64,000 bases of DNA from Spirochaetia bacterium. GTDB lineage: Bacteria > Spirochaetota > Spirochaetia > SZUA-6 > Bin103. The DNA lies in contig CBDBDQ010000005.1 of the NCBI GenBank assembly GCA_965203905.1, positions 6,944,001-7,008,000 on the forward strand, given 5' to 3'. Each line of letters starts with the position of its first letter. Position 1 is the stretch's first letter. Shown here piece by piece: positions 19,778 to 29,992 of the stretch. The position numbers were made by a program, and so were the translations under genes. The notes below the pieces were generated by a model. That model searched no databases. It was not told where the DNA came from and saw nothing but the letters and a program-made list of their open reading frames with translations.

Positions 19778-20005
19778 TCACAACGCGTCGAATGTAGCGA
19801 CGGGGGCCTCGAAGTGCAGTTCCAACGCCTCGCGGAGATTCGCGATCGCTTCCGCGCGCGTTTTGCCCTGGCTTGCCACCTCCACCCCCCGCGCTCGGGC
19901 GACAAACCACTCGCCGTCACGCCAGACATCCGCCTCGACCTGACTCTCGGGCACCTGCACCGACACCCGCCGCGCGTCGTTAACCGTGGTCTCTCGCTGC
20001 ATCAC
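19778..20005 (-). CDS. Short HicB-family antitoxin-like protein (no hicA adjacent)
   Basis: WFVA....VEVASQGKTRAEAIANLREALELHFE. Confidence 0.8.
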   Translation of the reverse strand: MMQRETTVNDARRVSVQVPESQVEADVWRDGEWFVARARGVEVASQGKTRAEAIANLREALELHFEAPVATFDAL

Positions 20006-20110
20006 CGTTCCCCCAACCTCACTGACTCATCATACCATCATACCGATCGCATCACGCCGCCAAAGAGGTCCGTAAGAATAGCCTGGGACACTACCGGCTC
20101 GTCGTGCCGG

Positions 20111-20866
20111 CTATTGGATCATCAGCCCGCCGTCGACGGCGATGGTGGCGCCGGTGGTGTAGCTCGACTCGTCGGAGGCCAGGTAGACCGCGGCGCCGGC
20201 GAGCTCCCCGGTCCTGCCGAAGCGCTGCGCCGGGACCAGGCGGCGGCAGTAGTCGACCGCGTCCTGGGTGTCGTACCACGGCGTGATGGTGGTCTTGATG
20301 GTGCCGGGGGCGATGGCGTTGACCTGGATGTCGTGCTGCGCCAGCTCCAGGGCGGCGGACCGCGTCAGCATCTGGGAACCGCCCTTGCCGACGCAGTAGT
20401 GGGAGGCGCCGTCGTCCGCGATCTCGGCCGATACCGACGAGGTGATGATGATCTTGCCGCCGCCGCCGCGCTCGACCATGTGGCGGGCGGCGGCCTGGGC
20501 GCAGAAGAACTGGCCCTTGAGGTTGGTGTCGAGGGTGCGGTCGAACACCTCCTCGCTCACCTCCAGGAAGTCCGCGGCGAGGTGGATGCCGGCGTTGCAC
20601 ACGGCGATGTCGATGCGCCCGAAGGCGCCGAGCACGGTGCTGAACAGGACGTCGATGGATGCCTTGCGCGACACGTCGGCGGACACCCATAACCCGCGCC
20701 GTCCGAGTTGCTCGACCTCGCGCACGGTGCGCTGCGCGTCCTCCGCGGCGACATCCGCCACCGCGACGTGGGCGCCCTCCCGTGCGAACGCCAGCACGAT
20801 GGCGCGCCCGATCCCGCGCGCTCCTCCGGTGACCACGGCGTACTTGCCGGCTAGTCTCCCGCTCAT
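20111..20866 (-). CDS. SDR family oxidoreductase
   Basis: TGGARGIG, NAG, YCVGK (YxxxK), VNAIAPG and VDGG; GGAGGGAG RBS. Confidence 0.93.
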   Translation of the reverse strand: MSGRLAGKYAVVTGGARGIGRAIVLAFAREGAHVAVADVAAEDAQRTVREVEQLGRRGLWVSADVSRKASIDVLFSTVLGAFGRIDIAVCNAGIHLAADFLEVSEEVFDRTLDTNLKGQFFCAQAAARHMVERGGGGKIIITSSVSAEIADDGASHYCVGKGGSQMLTRSAALELAQHDIQVNAIAPGTIKTTITPWYDTQDAVDYCRRLVPAQRFGRTGELAGAAVYLASDESSYTTGATIAVDGGLMIQ

Positions 20867-23262
20867 GCTCCCTCCTGCGGCTGAATCTCCAGGTCGTGGC
20901 GTCCCGGCGCCAGGCGGCGGCCGTCGGGGCACAGCGCCGTGGTCCCCTCCGGCACCACGAGGGTGGCCGCCAGCGGTGCGTCCGACTCCCGCTGCGACCA
21001 GGACACCTCGACCGGTCCGTGCGGGGTCGGCACCCGGCCCTCCGCCCAGCGCACTCCCAGACCCTGCGGTGCGAACCGGAACTCGGTGAAGCCCGGCGCC
21101 AGCGGCGCGATACCCAGCACTGCGCGCTGCAGCACGGGCAGCGGGGCACAGGCGTAGGCGTGGCACAGGCTGCCGCAGCCGCTCATCGACGAGCGCCCGT
21201 CCACCACCTCCCACAGCGTCGGCGTGTCCGCCTCCACCATGCCGCCCCACAACTCGCGCAGCACCTGCAGCGCGTGGCCGCCGCGGCCTGCACCCACCAG
21301 TGACGCCAGCACGAAGTACTGATAGCCCAGCTCCGACCGCACCGCCTCCGGATCGGTCAGCGCCTCCAGCGCCCCCGCCCGCTGCTCCGCCGGGAGCAGG
21401 TCGTAGTACAGCCCCAGAGCGTGGGGGATCTGGCTGAACGTGGGCCGGCCGTCCTCCGGCTCGGTGCAGTCCAGCAGGCGCCGCCGCTGCGGCTGCCACA
21501 GCGCGCCCACCAGCGCGGCGACCGTGGCCTGCGACCGCTCCTCCAGGTGGCGCGCCCGCGCAGCGTCGCCGGCCGCCGCGTGCAGCAGCGCCGCCTCCTT
21601 GCCGGCGGCCGCCACCAGCAGGTTGAGCACCGCCGTCTTGCCGCCCAGCCGGATCCCAGCGGTGTCGTATCCCCAGTCGATGAAGTTCCACTGCCCGGGC
21701 CGGTCGGGCACCAGCAGGTCCGTATCGCGCCAGGAGTCGAACAGCCCCAGCACGGCGTCCGCGGCCGGCAGCAGTTGCCGCACCAGCGCCAGGTCGCCGG
21801 TGAACCGGTAGTAGTCGGCCAGCACCATGATCCAGTTGGCGCTGGTCACCGGCAGCACCGAGTCGCGCGCCGACGGATAGCGGCCCGGAAACTGGCCGTT
21901 GGGGAACGCCGCCTCCGCGCTCACCCGCAGGTTGCGCTCCGGAAAGGTGCGCTCGGCGGTGAGGCACAGGTAGAACAGGTGCTCTTCGTAATAGTCATCC
22001 AGCCAGAAGGTCTGCTCGCGCCAGGGACAGTCGATGAACAGGTCGGTGCTGCAGGCCGCCACCGTGGCGCACGCCTTGTCCCACAGCCGGTTGAGGAACG
22101 GCTGATCGCAGCGGAACGACGCCTCCAGCGGCAGCGGGTAGACCCGGTCCACCAGCTCCAGCCCGTGCACCCGCACCGGTTCGGTGAAGCGGCGCAGGGT
22201 GAGCTGCACGATGCGGGCGCCGCGGTCGTGCAGCCGGGCGGCCACGCGCTGCCGGCCCGCGCGCAGGATGAAGCGGTCGGCGAAGCGGTAGATCGGCCCG
22301 GTGGGATTGAACCGCTTCGGGTCCAGCCGCCCGTTGCTGAGCCCCTCGTCGTAGCCGACGTCGACGAGGGTGCCGGCCGGGGCCTCGAGGTCCAGCAGCA
22401 GGTGGCCGCAGATCGCACGCTCGAAGTCGGCGATGAGATAGGCGCCTTCGGCCGCCGCCAGGGTGGTGAGCCGCGGCGACGGCAGGATCGTCGCCGTGCC
22501 GCCACGGGTCAGGGCGTCGACCTCCCGAAACAGGCGCTGCGACAGGCCGAGGTGCATCTCCACCTGCATCAGGCCGGCGTAGTCGACGTCCTCCTCGATA
22601 CCGGCCCGGTGCAACGGCACGGCGCCGGTCTCGACGATGCGCGCCGGCCGGAAGTGGCGTTCGGTGAGCGGGGGGATGTCGCGCGCCGTGAGCTCGCGGC
22701 CGCCGAGCCGGGCGCCGGCCGCGCACAGCTCCCGCGCCCCCTGCCAGCCGCCGAAGCGGTCCGCGCCCACCTCCCAGCCCACGGGATCGCGGCGCAGGTC
22801 GCGGTACTCGGAGTAGCCGATGTGATGCGTGTAGAAGGGTGCGTCCGCCCGCTGCGCCGGATCCACGCACACCTCCCACGAGGCGTCGGTCCCCACGAAC
22901 GGCTCGATCTGCGCAATCAGGGCCGGCAGCACCGGAGGCACGGTGCCCGTGGTGCCGCTGAGGGGGCAGTGGACCCGCGCCGCCACGGTGTTGCGACCGG
23001 CCACCAGCAGCGCACCGACCTCGTAGCTGTCGTAGAAGTATCGGTAGTGGGTGCCGCGCGCCGGCCCCGTGCCTACGTACTGGCCGTTGACGTACACCGC
23101 GTAGCGCGCCTCGGCGGCGATCCGCAACGTCGCCCGCTCCGGAAGCTGATCCAGCGCAAAGGAGCGTCGCGCCAGGAACGTGCAGTTGTCCGCCTGCGGT
23201 CCCGGCACCGTGATCCAACGCGCACCGCTCAGTGCCGACCCTGACTCGGGGTATGCGATCAC
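20863..23262 (-). CDS. GH78 alpha-L-rhamnosidase-like protein
   Basis: Y.VYVNG..VG.GP, FIDCPWREQ..W.DD, WNFIDW, TLWE, SLCHAY and VPTPHG motifs. Confidence 0.88.
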   Translation of the reverse strand: MIAYPESGSALSGARWITVPGPQADNCTFLARRSFALDQLPERATLRIAAEARYAVYVNGQYVGTGPARGTHYRYFYDSYEVGALLVAGRNTVAARVHCPLSGTTGTVPPVLPALIAQIEPFVGTDASWEVCVDPAQRADAPFYTHHIGYSEYRDLRRDPVGWEVGADRFGGWQGARELCAAGARLGGRELTARDIPPLTERHFRPARIVETGAVPLHRAGIEEDVDYAGLMQVEMHLGLSQRLFREVDALTRGGTATILPSPRLTTLAAAEGAYLIADFERAICGHLLLDLEAPAGTLVDVGYDEGLSNGRLDPKRFNPTGPIYRFADRFILRAGRQRVAARLHDRGARIVQLTLRRFTEPVRVHGLELVDRVYPLPLEASFRCDQPFLNRLWDKACATVAACSTDLFIDCPWREQTFWLDDYYEEHLFYLCLTAERTFPERNLRVSAEAAFPNGQFPGRYPSARDSVLPVTSANWIMVLADYYRFTGDLALVRQLLPAADAVLGLFDSWRDTDLLVPDRPGQWNFIDWGYDTAGIRLGGKTAVLNLLVAAAGKEAALLHAAAGDAARARHLEERSQATVAALVGALWQPQRRRLLDCTEPEDGRPTFSQIPHALGLYYDLLPAEQRAGALEALTDPEAVRSELGYQYFVLASLVGAGRGGHALQVLRELWGGMVEADTPTLWEVVDGRSSMSGCGSLCHAYACAPLPVLQRAVLGIAPLAPGFTEFRFAPQGLGVRWAEGRVPTPHGPVEVSWSQRESDAPLAATLVVPEGTTALCPDGRRLAPGRHDLEIQPQEGA

Positions 23263-23365
23263 CGTCCGCCCCGCAGGCACGCATCGACGCCCAGGTAAGG
23301 CGCCGCTGTCCGATCTCCGCTCCCCCTCGACACGTCCTGCATTATGGCGTAGCGCGAGACGCCGG

Positions 23366-25768
23366 TCACGGACCGCGGTGCGGGGGCTGCAGATCGAGCG
23401 CGAGCGAACGGAAGTTCTCGAGGCGGTGGAACGTGACAAGATCGTTGTCATGCTGGTTACGCCCCTCTTGCGAGGTGCGGGAGACGACCAGCAGGTCCTC
23501 TCCATCGATCAGGGGCGTGGCATAGTTGAACGCCTGCAGCGGGTTTGGCCATCTGGCGATACAGCCGGCCTGAAACCAGTTCAGCGCGTCCACGCTGTAG
23601 AACAGCATCAAGAAGCGCCTTTCGTTTCCCGGTTTTCCCAAGAACCCCTGCGCCGCGAGATCGGCTGCGAATGCCTCATCCTGCGTATTCGTCGGTAGAT
23701 TGGAGGTCATCCAAAAGAGCCGCGAAGTACTATCGTAGACGATATGGAATTGGTTTTGGCCGCCGGGCAGCGGGTGAAACTGTGTAAACCGGTAGTCCAA
23801 CGTATCGCCGTCGTCGTGGAGATCGCATACCACCGCCATGTTGGCTGTCGCACACCGATCGATGCGCGGTCGCAGGATAACCCGTATCCGGCCGCGCACA
23901 TTGACTACATTCGGTTCGAGATAGTGATCGCTGTGGTCGTACATCCTGCGGGAGAGCCCGTCAGGGGTGCCGGGATAGGTCAGGTAGGCAGAGATCCTCC
24001 AGGATGCAGGATCCATCAGGTCCTTCGAGAGATCCGCTGCCACCGCGACCGAGCGCGAGCCAACCGAATTGCCGAGTCCCTCCGTGTTGGGAGCTCCAAG
24101 AGCCCAATAGAGCCTGCCCTCCCGCTCCGCCATACCTGTTGCAGTGTTGAAGAAGATGCCCTCGAACAGCGTCACGGGATCGAGCCAGGTCTTACCACCA
24201 TCATCGGAACGGGTGATTCTGATGCCCTCGTGCAGTGGCCCCACCCCCAAGAAATAAATCCTCCCACCCCGCATGAACAGCCGGCCGTCACGGATAGCGA
24301 GCGGCGCACAGACCTGCCGCCATGAGGAACCCTCATCGGAGCTCGCGAAGATCAAGAGCGTGTTGTCACCCAACTTCTCCTGGGTCGCGAACAAATGCAC
24401 GCGGGTCCCCTGAATGCGTCCTTTGAACGAGTGCGGTTTCTTGAACAGCACCAGGAGTGAGAAGGCGCAGAGCAGCGTGCCGTCGCGAAGCCGCAGCAGA
24501 GAGGGAGCACCACTGAGCATGTCCGGATCGGGCATCGTGTGGATCACGACATGATCTTGAGCGAGGGTACGCGCCCTTCCGACTGCCCGGGTCTCCTCTT
24601 GAGCTGAGTAGCTGCGCGTGTACCGCGGGTGCAGCTCGAGCGCGAGCGATCTGAACTCGGCTAACCGATGAAATGTAATCAAGTCGTTGTCGTGCTGATT
24701 CGGCGCATCCTGGGAGGTACGGGAGACGAACAGCAGGTCCTCGCCGTCGACGATGTGCGTCACGTAGTTGAACGACTGCAGCGTGCTCGGCCCCATTGCC
24801 AGACAGCCTGCCTGGAACCAGTTCAGCGCATCCACGCTGTAGAACAGCATCAGGAACCGTCGCTCATCTCCAGGCCTGCCCAAGCCGCTCGCCGCAAGTT
24901 TCTCAGCCAGCTCGAGGTCTTGGGTATTGGTCGGTAGATTCGACGTCATCCAGAACAGCCGCGATTCCTCGTCGTAGACGATGTGGAACTTGTTCTGTGC
25001 GCCGGGCAGGGGATGGAATTGACAGAAACTTAGCTGCAGCCGTTCGCCGTCGTCACTGACATCGCAGACCGCTCCCAGACCGGAGGTGGCGTATTGCTCA
25101 ATGCGCAGCCGCAGGAGCACGCGGATCTTGCCTCTGACGTTGACTACGTTGGGCTCGAGCCAGTGGTCCTGCTCATGACTGAACACCCCTGACGTCAACG
25201 CCGAAGGCGTCCCCGGGTAAACCAGGTCCTCGGACATTCGCCAGGCGGAAGGACGCAGCAGGTCCTCCCCGAGATTCGCCGCGGTCACGACACACCGCGA
25301 TCCCTGCCTGTTGTAGAGTCCTTCCTCGTTGGGGGCTCCGAAAGCGCGGTACAAGGTACTGCCGGCTATCGCCGTTGCCGTGGGAGCACTCCAATAGCTG
25401 CCTCGGAACAGAACAGAGAATGGCTGCCAAGTCTCACCTTCGTCCTCGGAGCGGCTGATGATGATGTCCTTTCTCCCGAGTCCGTTGCCGAGCAGGTAGA
25501 GAACTCCGTCGTGCACGATGGGAAGCCCCATGTTGATCTCGAGTGGTGCTAGCTGCTGCCACGTGCGTCCTTCATCCTCGCTGCGCGCGAGCCGGAACCG
25601 CTGCCGGTTGCTGTGGACGTTCGGGCCGCGCGTGCCGCGGAACGTAAACGTCGCCAGAAGCCGGCCGCTGGGGAGCCGGAGCAACGCCGGATCGTCCGTG
25701 ATCAGGTGGCCGGCTGGAGGAACAGCAGCCACGACGACGTGGGCCGCTGCCAAGGGTTGCACATCCAT
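23366..25768 (-). CDS. Sialidase-like (BNR/Asp-box) protein built from two tandem homologous domains
   Basis: Asp boxes SEDEGRTW, SEDEGETW, SSDEGSSW and SDDGGKTW. Both halves share LEPNVVNVRG, FHPLPG, LFWMTSNLPTNTQD, ERRFLMLFYSVDALNWFQAGC and NQHDNDL. Confidence 0.8.
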   Translation of the reverse strand: MDVQPLAAAHVVVAAVPPAGHLITDDPALLRLPSGRLLATFTFRGTRGPNVHSNRQRFRLARSEDEGRTWQQLAPLEINMGLPIVHDGVLYLLGNGLGRKDIIISRSEDEGETWQPFSVLFRGSYWSAPTATAIAGSTLYRAFGAPNEEGLYNRQGSRCVVTAANLGEDLLRPSAWRMSEDLVYPGTPSALTSGVFSHEQDHWLEPNVVNVRGKIRVLLRLRIEQYATSGLGAVCDVSDDGERLQLSFCQFHPLPGAQNKFHIVYDEESRLFWMTSNLPTNTQDLELAEKLAASGLGRPGDERRFLMLFYSVDALNWFQAGCLAMGPSTLQSFNYVTHIVDGEDLLFVSRTSQDAPNQHDNDLITFHRLAEFRSLALELHPRYTRSYSAQEETRAVGRARTLAQDHVVIHTMPDPDMLSGAPSLLRLRDGTLLCAFSLLVLFKKPHSFKGRIQGTRVHLFATQEKLGDNTLLIFASSDEGSSWRQVCAPLAIRDGRLFMRGGRIYFLGVGPLHEGIRITRSDDGGKTWLDPVTLFEGIFFNTATGMAEREGRLYWALGAPNTEGLGNSVGSRSVAVAADLSKDLMDPASWRISAYLTYPGTPDGLSRRMYDHSDHYLEPNVVNVRGRIRVILRPRIDRCATANMAVVCDLHDDGDTLDYRFTQFHPLPGGQNQFHIVYDSTSRLFWMTSNLPTNTQDEAFAADLAAQGFLGKPGNERRFLMLFYSVDALNWFQAGCIARWPNPLQAFNYATPLIDGEDLLVVSRTSQEGRNQHDNDLVTFHRLENFRSLALDLQPPHRGP

Positions 25769-25927
25769 AGTTTGAATCTCCTGTCACTCGCAAAGCCCCT
25801 ACCGTGAGTATCAGGGCCGAAAAGTGGGGCTCGCGGTAGCACCATTGCAGCGTACCGCAAGCCCCTAGAGCAGTCCGAAGTGCACTCGCCGATCACCGAG
25901 CTCGGTGCCAGCAACCGGATGGGACGC

Positions 25928-27547
25928 TCAATATCCCAGACCGCTCAACAGATCGGCGGCCAGTGAAGCCCGCCCCTGGTACCGTTCGAACGCCTGGTTG
26001 TAGATCGCCACCTTTCTCTCTATCCCCAGTTCCTTGCAGCGGGCTAGGTAGCTGTCCCAGTTGGCAAAGCTCTCCTCTCCTATGATGAACTTGTAGGCCA
26101 TCTCCGACAGATAAGTGTTCAAGGCATCCAACTCCCTGAGCTCGTCGCCTTCTTCCTCAGTGAACGTCAGGTAAGGTTCCGCGGGCAGTCCCGCGTTCCC
26201 CTCGTCGTAGAAAGCAAGCTGCTGACGTGCGGCCTCGCGTGCTCCACGCTCCTGCTGGCCCGGAAAGTCACCTCCTCGCACTTCTCCGCCGGCGTTCAGG
26301 CCGACAGCCCATTGCAGATCCGTGGTCTTTACCTGGTCCAAGTACTGAGGCTGTCCGTGGTCGTCATAGTTGAAGGTTTCCCCTTCCACACCGTATGCAA
26401 ACAGCTCTACATATTCCTCGGTGAACATGTAATCAAAGACCTTGAGGATCCTATCAAGATGCTTGGTGGTGGCACTGACCACCCGCTGTGCACCAGAGCT
26501 GACGCCGCCAAACGTATAGGTCTTTCCGGCACCGTCGTAAGAGGGAAACTCTGCCCACATCCAGGTGAAGTCGGGATTGTCGTTCTCCTTGCGGCCCGCT
26601 CTGGTAACGGTATCCGGCGTATTCCAGGACCGGTTCATCCCCATGAATATCTGGTTGTTCACGATCAGCTTCTGGTAGGTCGCACTGCCCGTGGCCGAGA
26701 ATTCCGGATGCAGCAGAGCCTCGGCGTAGAGCCGGTGCAGGAACTGCAGCATGGTCCGGTAGTTTTCACCTGTGCCGCCTTCTGCATAGCGCGGCGGAGT
26801 GCCCCAGAAGTCGTAGTATACGCCCGTTGGCAGCACCGGCTTGCCACCAAACCCAATGCCGGTTTCAAACAGCGGCGAAGAGTAGGTGATCAGCCAGTCG
26901 GAGCCACCGGGTACGGAAAACGGCGACGTATCCGGGTACAACCTCTTAAGCTGCTTCAGGTTCTCATAGAAAGCGTCGAAGGTATTACCTGGCGTCATCC
27001 CGTGCTTGTCGAATATATCTTTCCGATAGGAAAACCCTTGGCTGAAATTATCCGCGGTACTTGTCTTGTAGTTTCCGGTGGAGTAAATTGCCCCCGTATC
27101 AGTCATGCTGTTCTTGATTCCGTCCGGTATCACGGACAGGAAATTGCTTAGTAGATGAGGCATCTTGGCGAGATGGGGTCCCAGGTCAAGGAAGTATCCA
27201 TCAACGTCTCCCCACTGCGCTACCCGCGAATTCCCCTGATTCACCAACAGCATGATGTCGGGGATGTCACCAGAGGCCAGGATTACGCTCAGCTTGCTAT
27301 CGTATTCGCTGCCCGGGGCACTACTAAGGTCCCATTCGATATTGAACTTCTTACCCAACTCCCTGAATACGATGTGTTTCTCGGGATCGAGCGGATATCT
27401 CCCATAATCCTTGAAGAAGTAACTGACATGTGCCGTAGTTTCTGCGCCATCCCCAGCGGCGCTCTGTTCCTCCACGCCACCGCCCCATAGAGGACCCCCG
27501 GCGCAGGCCAGCACAACCAACCATGCTACCACAGTTTTTTTCATCAT
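25928..27547 (-). CDS. Extracellular solute-binding protein (family 1)
   Basis: Signal peptide, LASGDIPD, YRKDIFDK, YGVEGE and KFIIGE....WDSY. Confidence 0.9.
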   Translation of the reverse strand: MMKKTVVAWLVVLACAGGPLWGGGVEEQSAAGDGAETTAHVSYFFKDYGRYPLDPEKHIVFRELGKKFNIEWDLSSAPGSEYDSKLSVILASGDIPDIMLLVNQGNSRVAQWGDVDGYFLDLGPHLAKMPHLLSNFLSVIPDGIKNSMTDTGAIYSTGNYKTSTADNFSQGFSYRKDIFDKHGMTPGNTFDAFYENLKQLKRLYPDTSPFSVPGGSDWLITYSSPLFETGIGFGGKPVLPTGVYYDFWGTPPRYAEGGTGENYRTMLQFLHRLYAEALLHPEFSATGSATYQKLIVNNQIFMGMNRSWNTPDTVTRAGRKENDNPDFTWMWAEFPSYDGAGKTYTFGGVSSGAQRVVSATTKHLDRILKVFDYMFTEEYVELFAYGVEGETFNYDDHGQPQYLDQVKTTDLQWAVGLNAGGEVRGGDFPGQQERGAREAARQQLAFYDEGNAGLPAEPYLTFTEEEGDELRELDALNTYLSEMAYKFIIGEESFANWDSYLARCKELGIERKVAIYNQAFERYQGRASLAADLLSGLGY

Positions 27548-27648
27548 GTGCGAATCTCCCTGGCTTGTGTAAGCCATAGTTCACGATCAGACTACACTCT
27601 CTGGCACCTCGTACGAGGCTTCATACAATCATAGGCGGCTCACCTCCG

Positions 27649-28521
27649 TTATCCCTTTATGGCGCCAATCATGACGCCCTTGGTGAAGTGTTTCTGGGCA
27701 AAGGGATAGACCACGATTATGGGGAATACGATGACTACTATGAACGCTGCCTGCACACTCATGGGTAAGGCAACCACCTCTTCCTCGGCACCGATGAACA
27801 TCTCCAGGTAGGTGGTTGCCGACACCAGCACCCTCCGCAAAATTATCTGTACCGGCATCAAATGGTTGCTATTGAGATACAGCAGGGCTGGAAAGAAACT
27901 GTTCCAATGGTACACCATGTGAAAGATGGTCAGTGTTGCCAAGATAGGTTTCGAGAGTGGAAGTACGATTCGTACCAGAATCGTGAACTCGTTTGCGCCG
28001 TCGATCAAAGCAGACTCGCGGAGGCTTTCGGGGTGTTGCTGCAGGAAGGTGCGGAAGACGATGAGATACCACGGGGTCAGCGCACTAGGCAATATGATAG
28101 CCCAGACGGTGTCGAGCATACCGAGTGTCTTGATCCACAAGAATCTCGGTATCATGCCTTCGTTGAACACCATGGTGAACAGCACGCAGACCAGGATCAC
28201 GCTGCGCGGATAGAAGACTCTCAGCGATAGCGGATACGCCATCAACGATGCCAGGATTAGCAGAGCAGCGGTACCGGTGACGACATAGAACACCGACATC
28301 ATGAAACCCCGGATAATTCCCGGCTCCCGGAGCACGTGGTAGTAGGCGTCCGTATTAAACCCGATTGGAAACAGTTTCACGCGGCCCGCGAGAACGGCGC
28401 TGGAGCGGCTTAGCGACAACGATATCGTGTAGACAAACGGATACAGCATCACGACCATCATCACGATCATGAAAATCGTCACGAAAACATCGACAGATGA
28501 GTCAGAGAGGCGTTGTTTCAT
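27649..28521 (-). CDS. Carbohydrate ABC transporter permease
   Basis: ESALIDGA, HWNSFF and YPFAQKHFTKG..GAIKG. Confidence 0.92.
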   Translation of the reverse strand: MKQRLSDSSVDVFVTIFMIVMMVVMLYPFVYTISLSLSRSSAVLAGRVKLFPIGFNTDAYYHVLREPGIIRGFMMSVFYVVTGTAALLILASLMAYPLSLRVFYPRSVILVCVLFTMVFNEGMIPRFLWIKTLGMLDTVWAIILPSALTPWYLIVFRTFLQQHPESLRESALIDGANEFTILVRIVLPLSKPILATLTIFHMVYHWNSFFPALLYLNSNHLMPVQIILRRVLVSATTYLEMFIGAEEEVVALPMSVQAAFIVVIVFPIIVVYPFAQKHFTKGVMIGAIKG

Positions 28522-28539
28522 GTCCGCTCCGGCAACATG

Positions 28540-29499
28540 TCAATAGATCCCTTCGCCGCTCAGTTTCTTGCTGACGTAGTTGGCGCCTACAATCAGCACC
28601 AGACAGATGATGCTTTCAAGAAATCCTATCGCGGCGGCATAGCTGATGTCCTGTCCGCCCAGAATACCGACCCGGTACACGTAGGTGTTCAGGACATCGG
28701 CGGTCTCGTAGGTGGCGGGGCTGTACATCAGATAGACCTTCTCGAAACCCACACTGAAAAGCTGTCCCATTTTCAAGATCAGAAGCACCCTGATGGTGGG
28801 CATGATGACTGGCAGCGTGATCCGGAAGATGCACTGAAGCCGGCTTGCGCCATCGATTTTTGCGGCCTCATAGAGCTGCACGTCGATACCCGCGATGGCC
28901 GCCAGGTAGATGATCGAGCCCCATCCGGCGTCCTGCCATATGCCGATCCCCACATACAGGGTTCTGAACCACTCGGGACGAGACATGAACAGAATGGGTC
29001 TGCCCTCGTTTATCGGCTTGACCAAGAGGTAGTTGATGATACCATCCGAGGCAGTGAGCATCTGCAACAGTCCGACCACGACGACGGTGGAGACGAAATG
29101 CGGCAGGTAGCTCACTGACTGGCCCACTCTCTTGAACTTCTCGTGGTGCACCTCATTGATCGTAAGGGCCAGCAGGATCGGTACGGGGAATCCCCAGAGC
29201 AGGCTGTAAAACGCAATGAGGAACGTGTTTCTGATGATCCTGAAGGCGTACGGATCGTGGAAAAAACGAATGAAGTGCTTGAACCCTACGAATTCACTTG
29301 CAAACAGTCCCTTGGCAAGCTTGAACTTCTGAAAGGCGACGATCAGACCGCCCATGGGAATGTACCGAAATACGACGAACCAGAGGACCCCGGCTGCGCA
29401 CATGACATAGAGCAGAGGATACTGTCTGATGTTGCGTATCAGCGGACTGGAGCGGCCTTTCGAGATTACCGATGGGATCTGCCGAGGAGCCGTGGACAC
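28540..29499 (-). CDS. Carbohydrate ABC transporter permease (LplB-like)
   Basis: FVGFKHF, YLPHFVS and LYEAAKIDGA; GTG 29499 follows GGAGGGGG. Confidence 0.9.
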   Translation of the reverse strand: MSTAPRQIPSVISKGRSSPLIRNIRQYPLLYVMCAAGVLWFVVFRYIPMGGLIVAFQKFKLAKGLFASEFVGFKHFIRFFHDPYAFRIIRNTFLIAFYSLLWGFPVPILLALTINEVHHEKFKRVGQSVSYLPHFVSTVVVVGLLQMLTASDGIINYLLVKPINEGRPILFMSRPEWFRTLYVGIGIWQDAGWGSIIYLAAIAGIDVQLYEAAKIDGASRLQCIFRITLPVIMPTIRVLLILKMGQLFSVGFEKVYLMYSPATYETADVLNTYVYRVGILGGQDISYAAAIGFLESIICLVLIVGANYVSKKLSGEGIY

Positions 29500-29992
29500 T
29501 CGCCCCCTCCGTAATTCAGTACCTCGCCTAAACGATTCGGGTCCTTGACGCCATCCCCCTTGCCGGCTCTGACGCCAAGGCATGGAGAACAGCCACCAAC
29601 GGAGATCGACTCCTTGGACCTCAGGCTGTGACGCAACATGATGCTGGAGGCAGCGGTAACGACGAGGATCCAGCAACAACCGCTGTTGGGCCGGCTCCCC
29701 TTCCACAGGTGGTCGCGGACCCTGAGCTGCGCCGACGTCGTCGACCGCGGAGCTGCCGCAGTATGCTCAGTAACGCGTACCATCGAATATGATCTTAACA
29801 CGGTTTGTCGCGAGCATCAATCCTCCTGCAGGGACGCAGCCTTTGCGGCGCACTGCCCGGAGTGTTGCAGCGGCCAGTGCGGGCAGCAGGCATCGGCCCC
29901 GAACGTGCGCCAAGCACGTCCAGGGCCGCCTACCTGCGCGATGGCCTGTCCGCTACCACCGCGGAGCGAAACGAAAGAGAGGTGGTGTCCTT

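Noticed and set aside
20867-21967. 618-aa extended SDR
   Set aside because: The extension is an alternate frame of the GH78 gene; RBS and ATG are at 20866.
29520-29990. Possible riboswitch/ncRNA or small genes in the long intergenic gap
   Set aside because: No recognisable riboswitch consensus or credible ORF by eye; it would need an Rfam scan.
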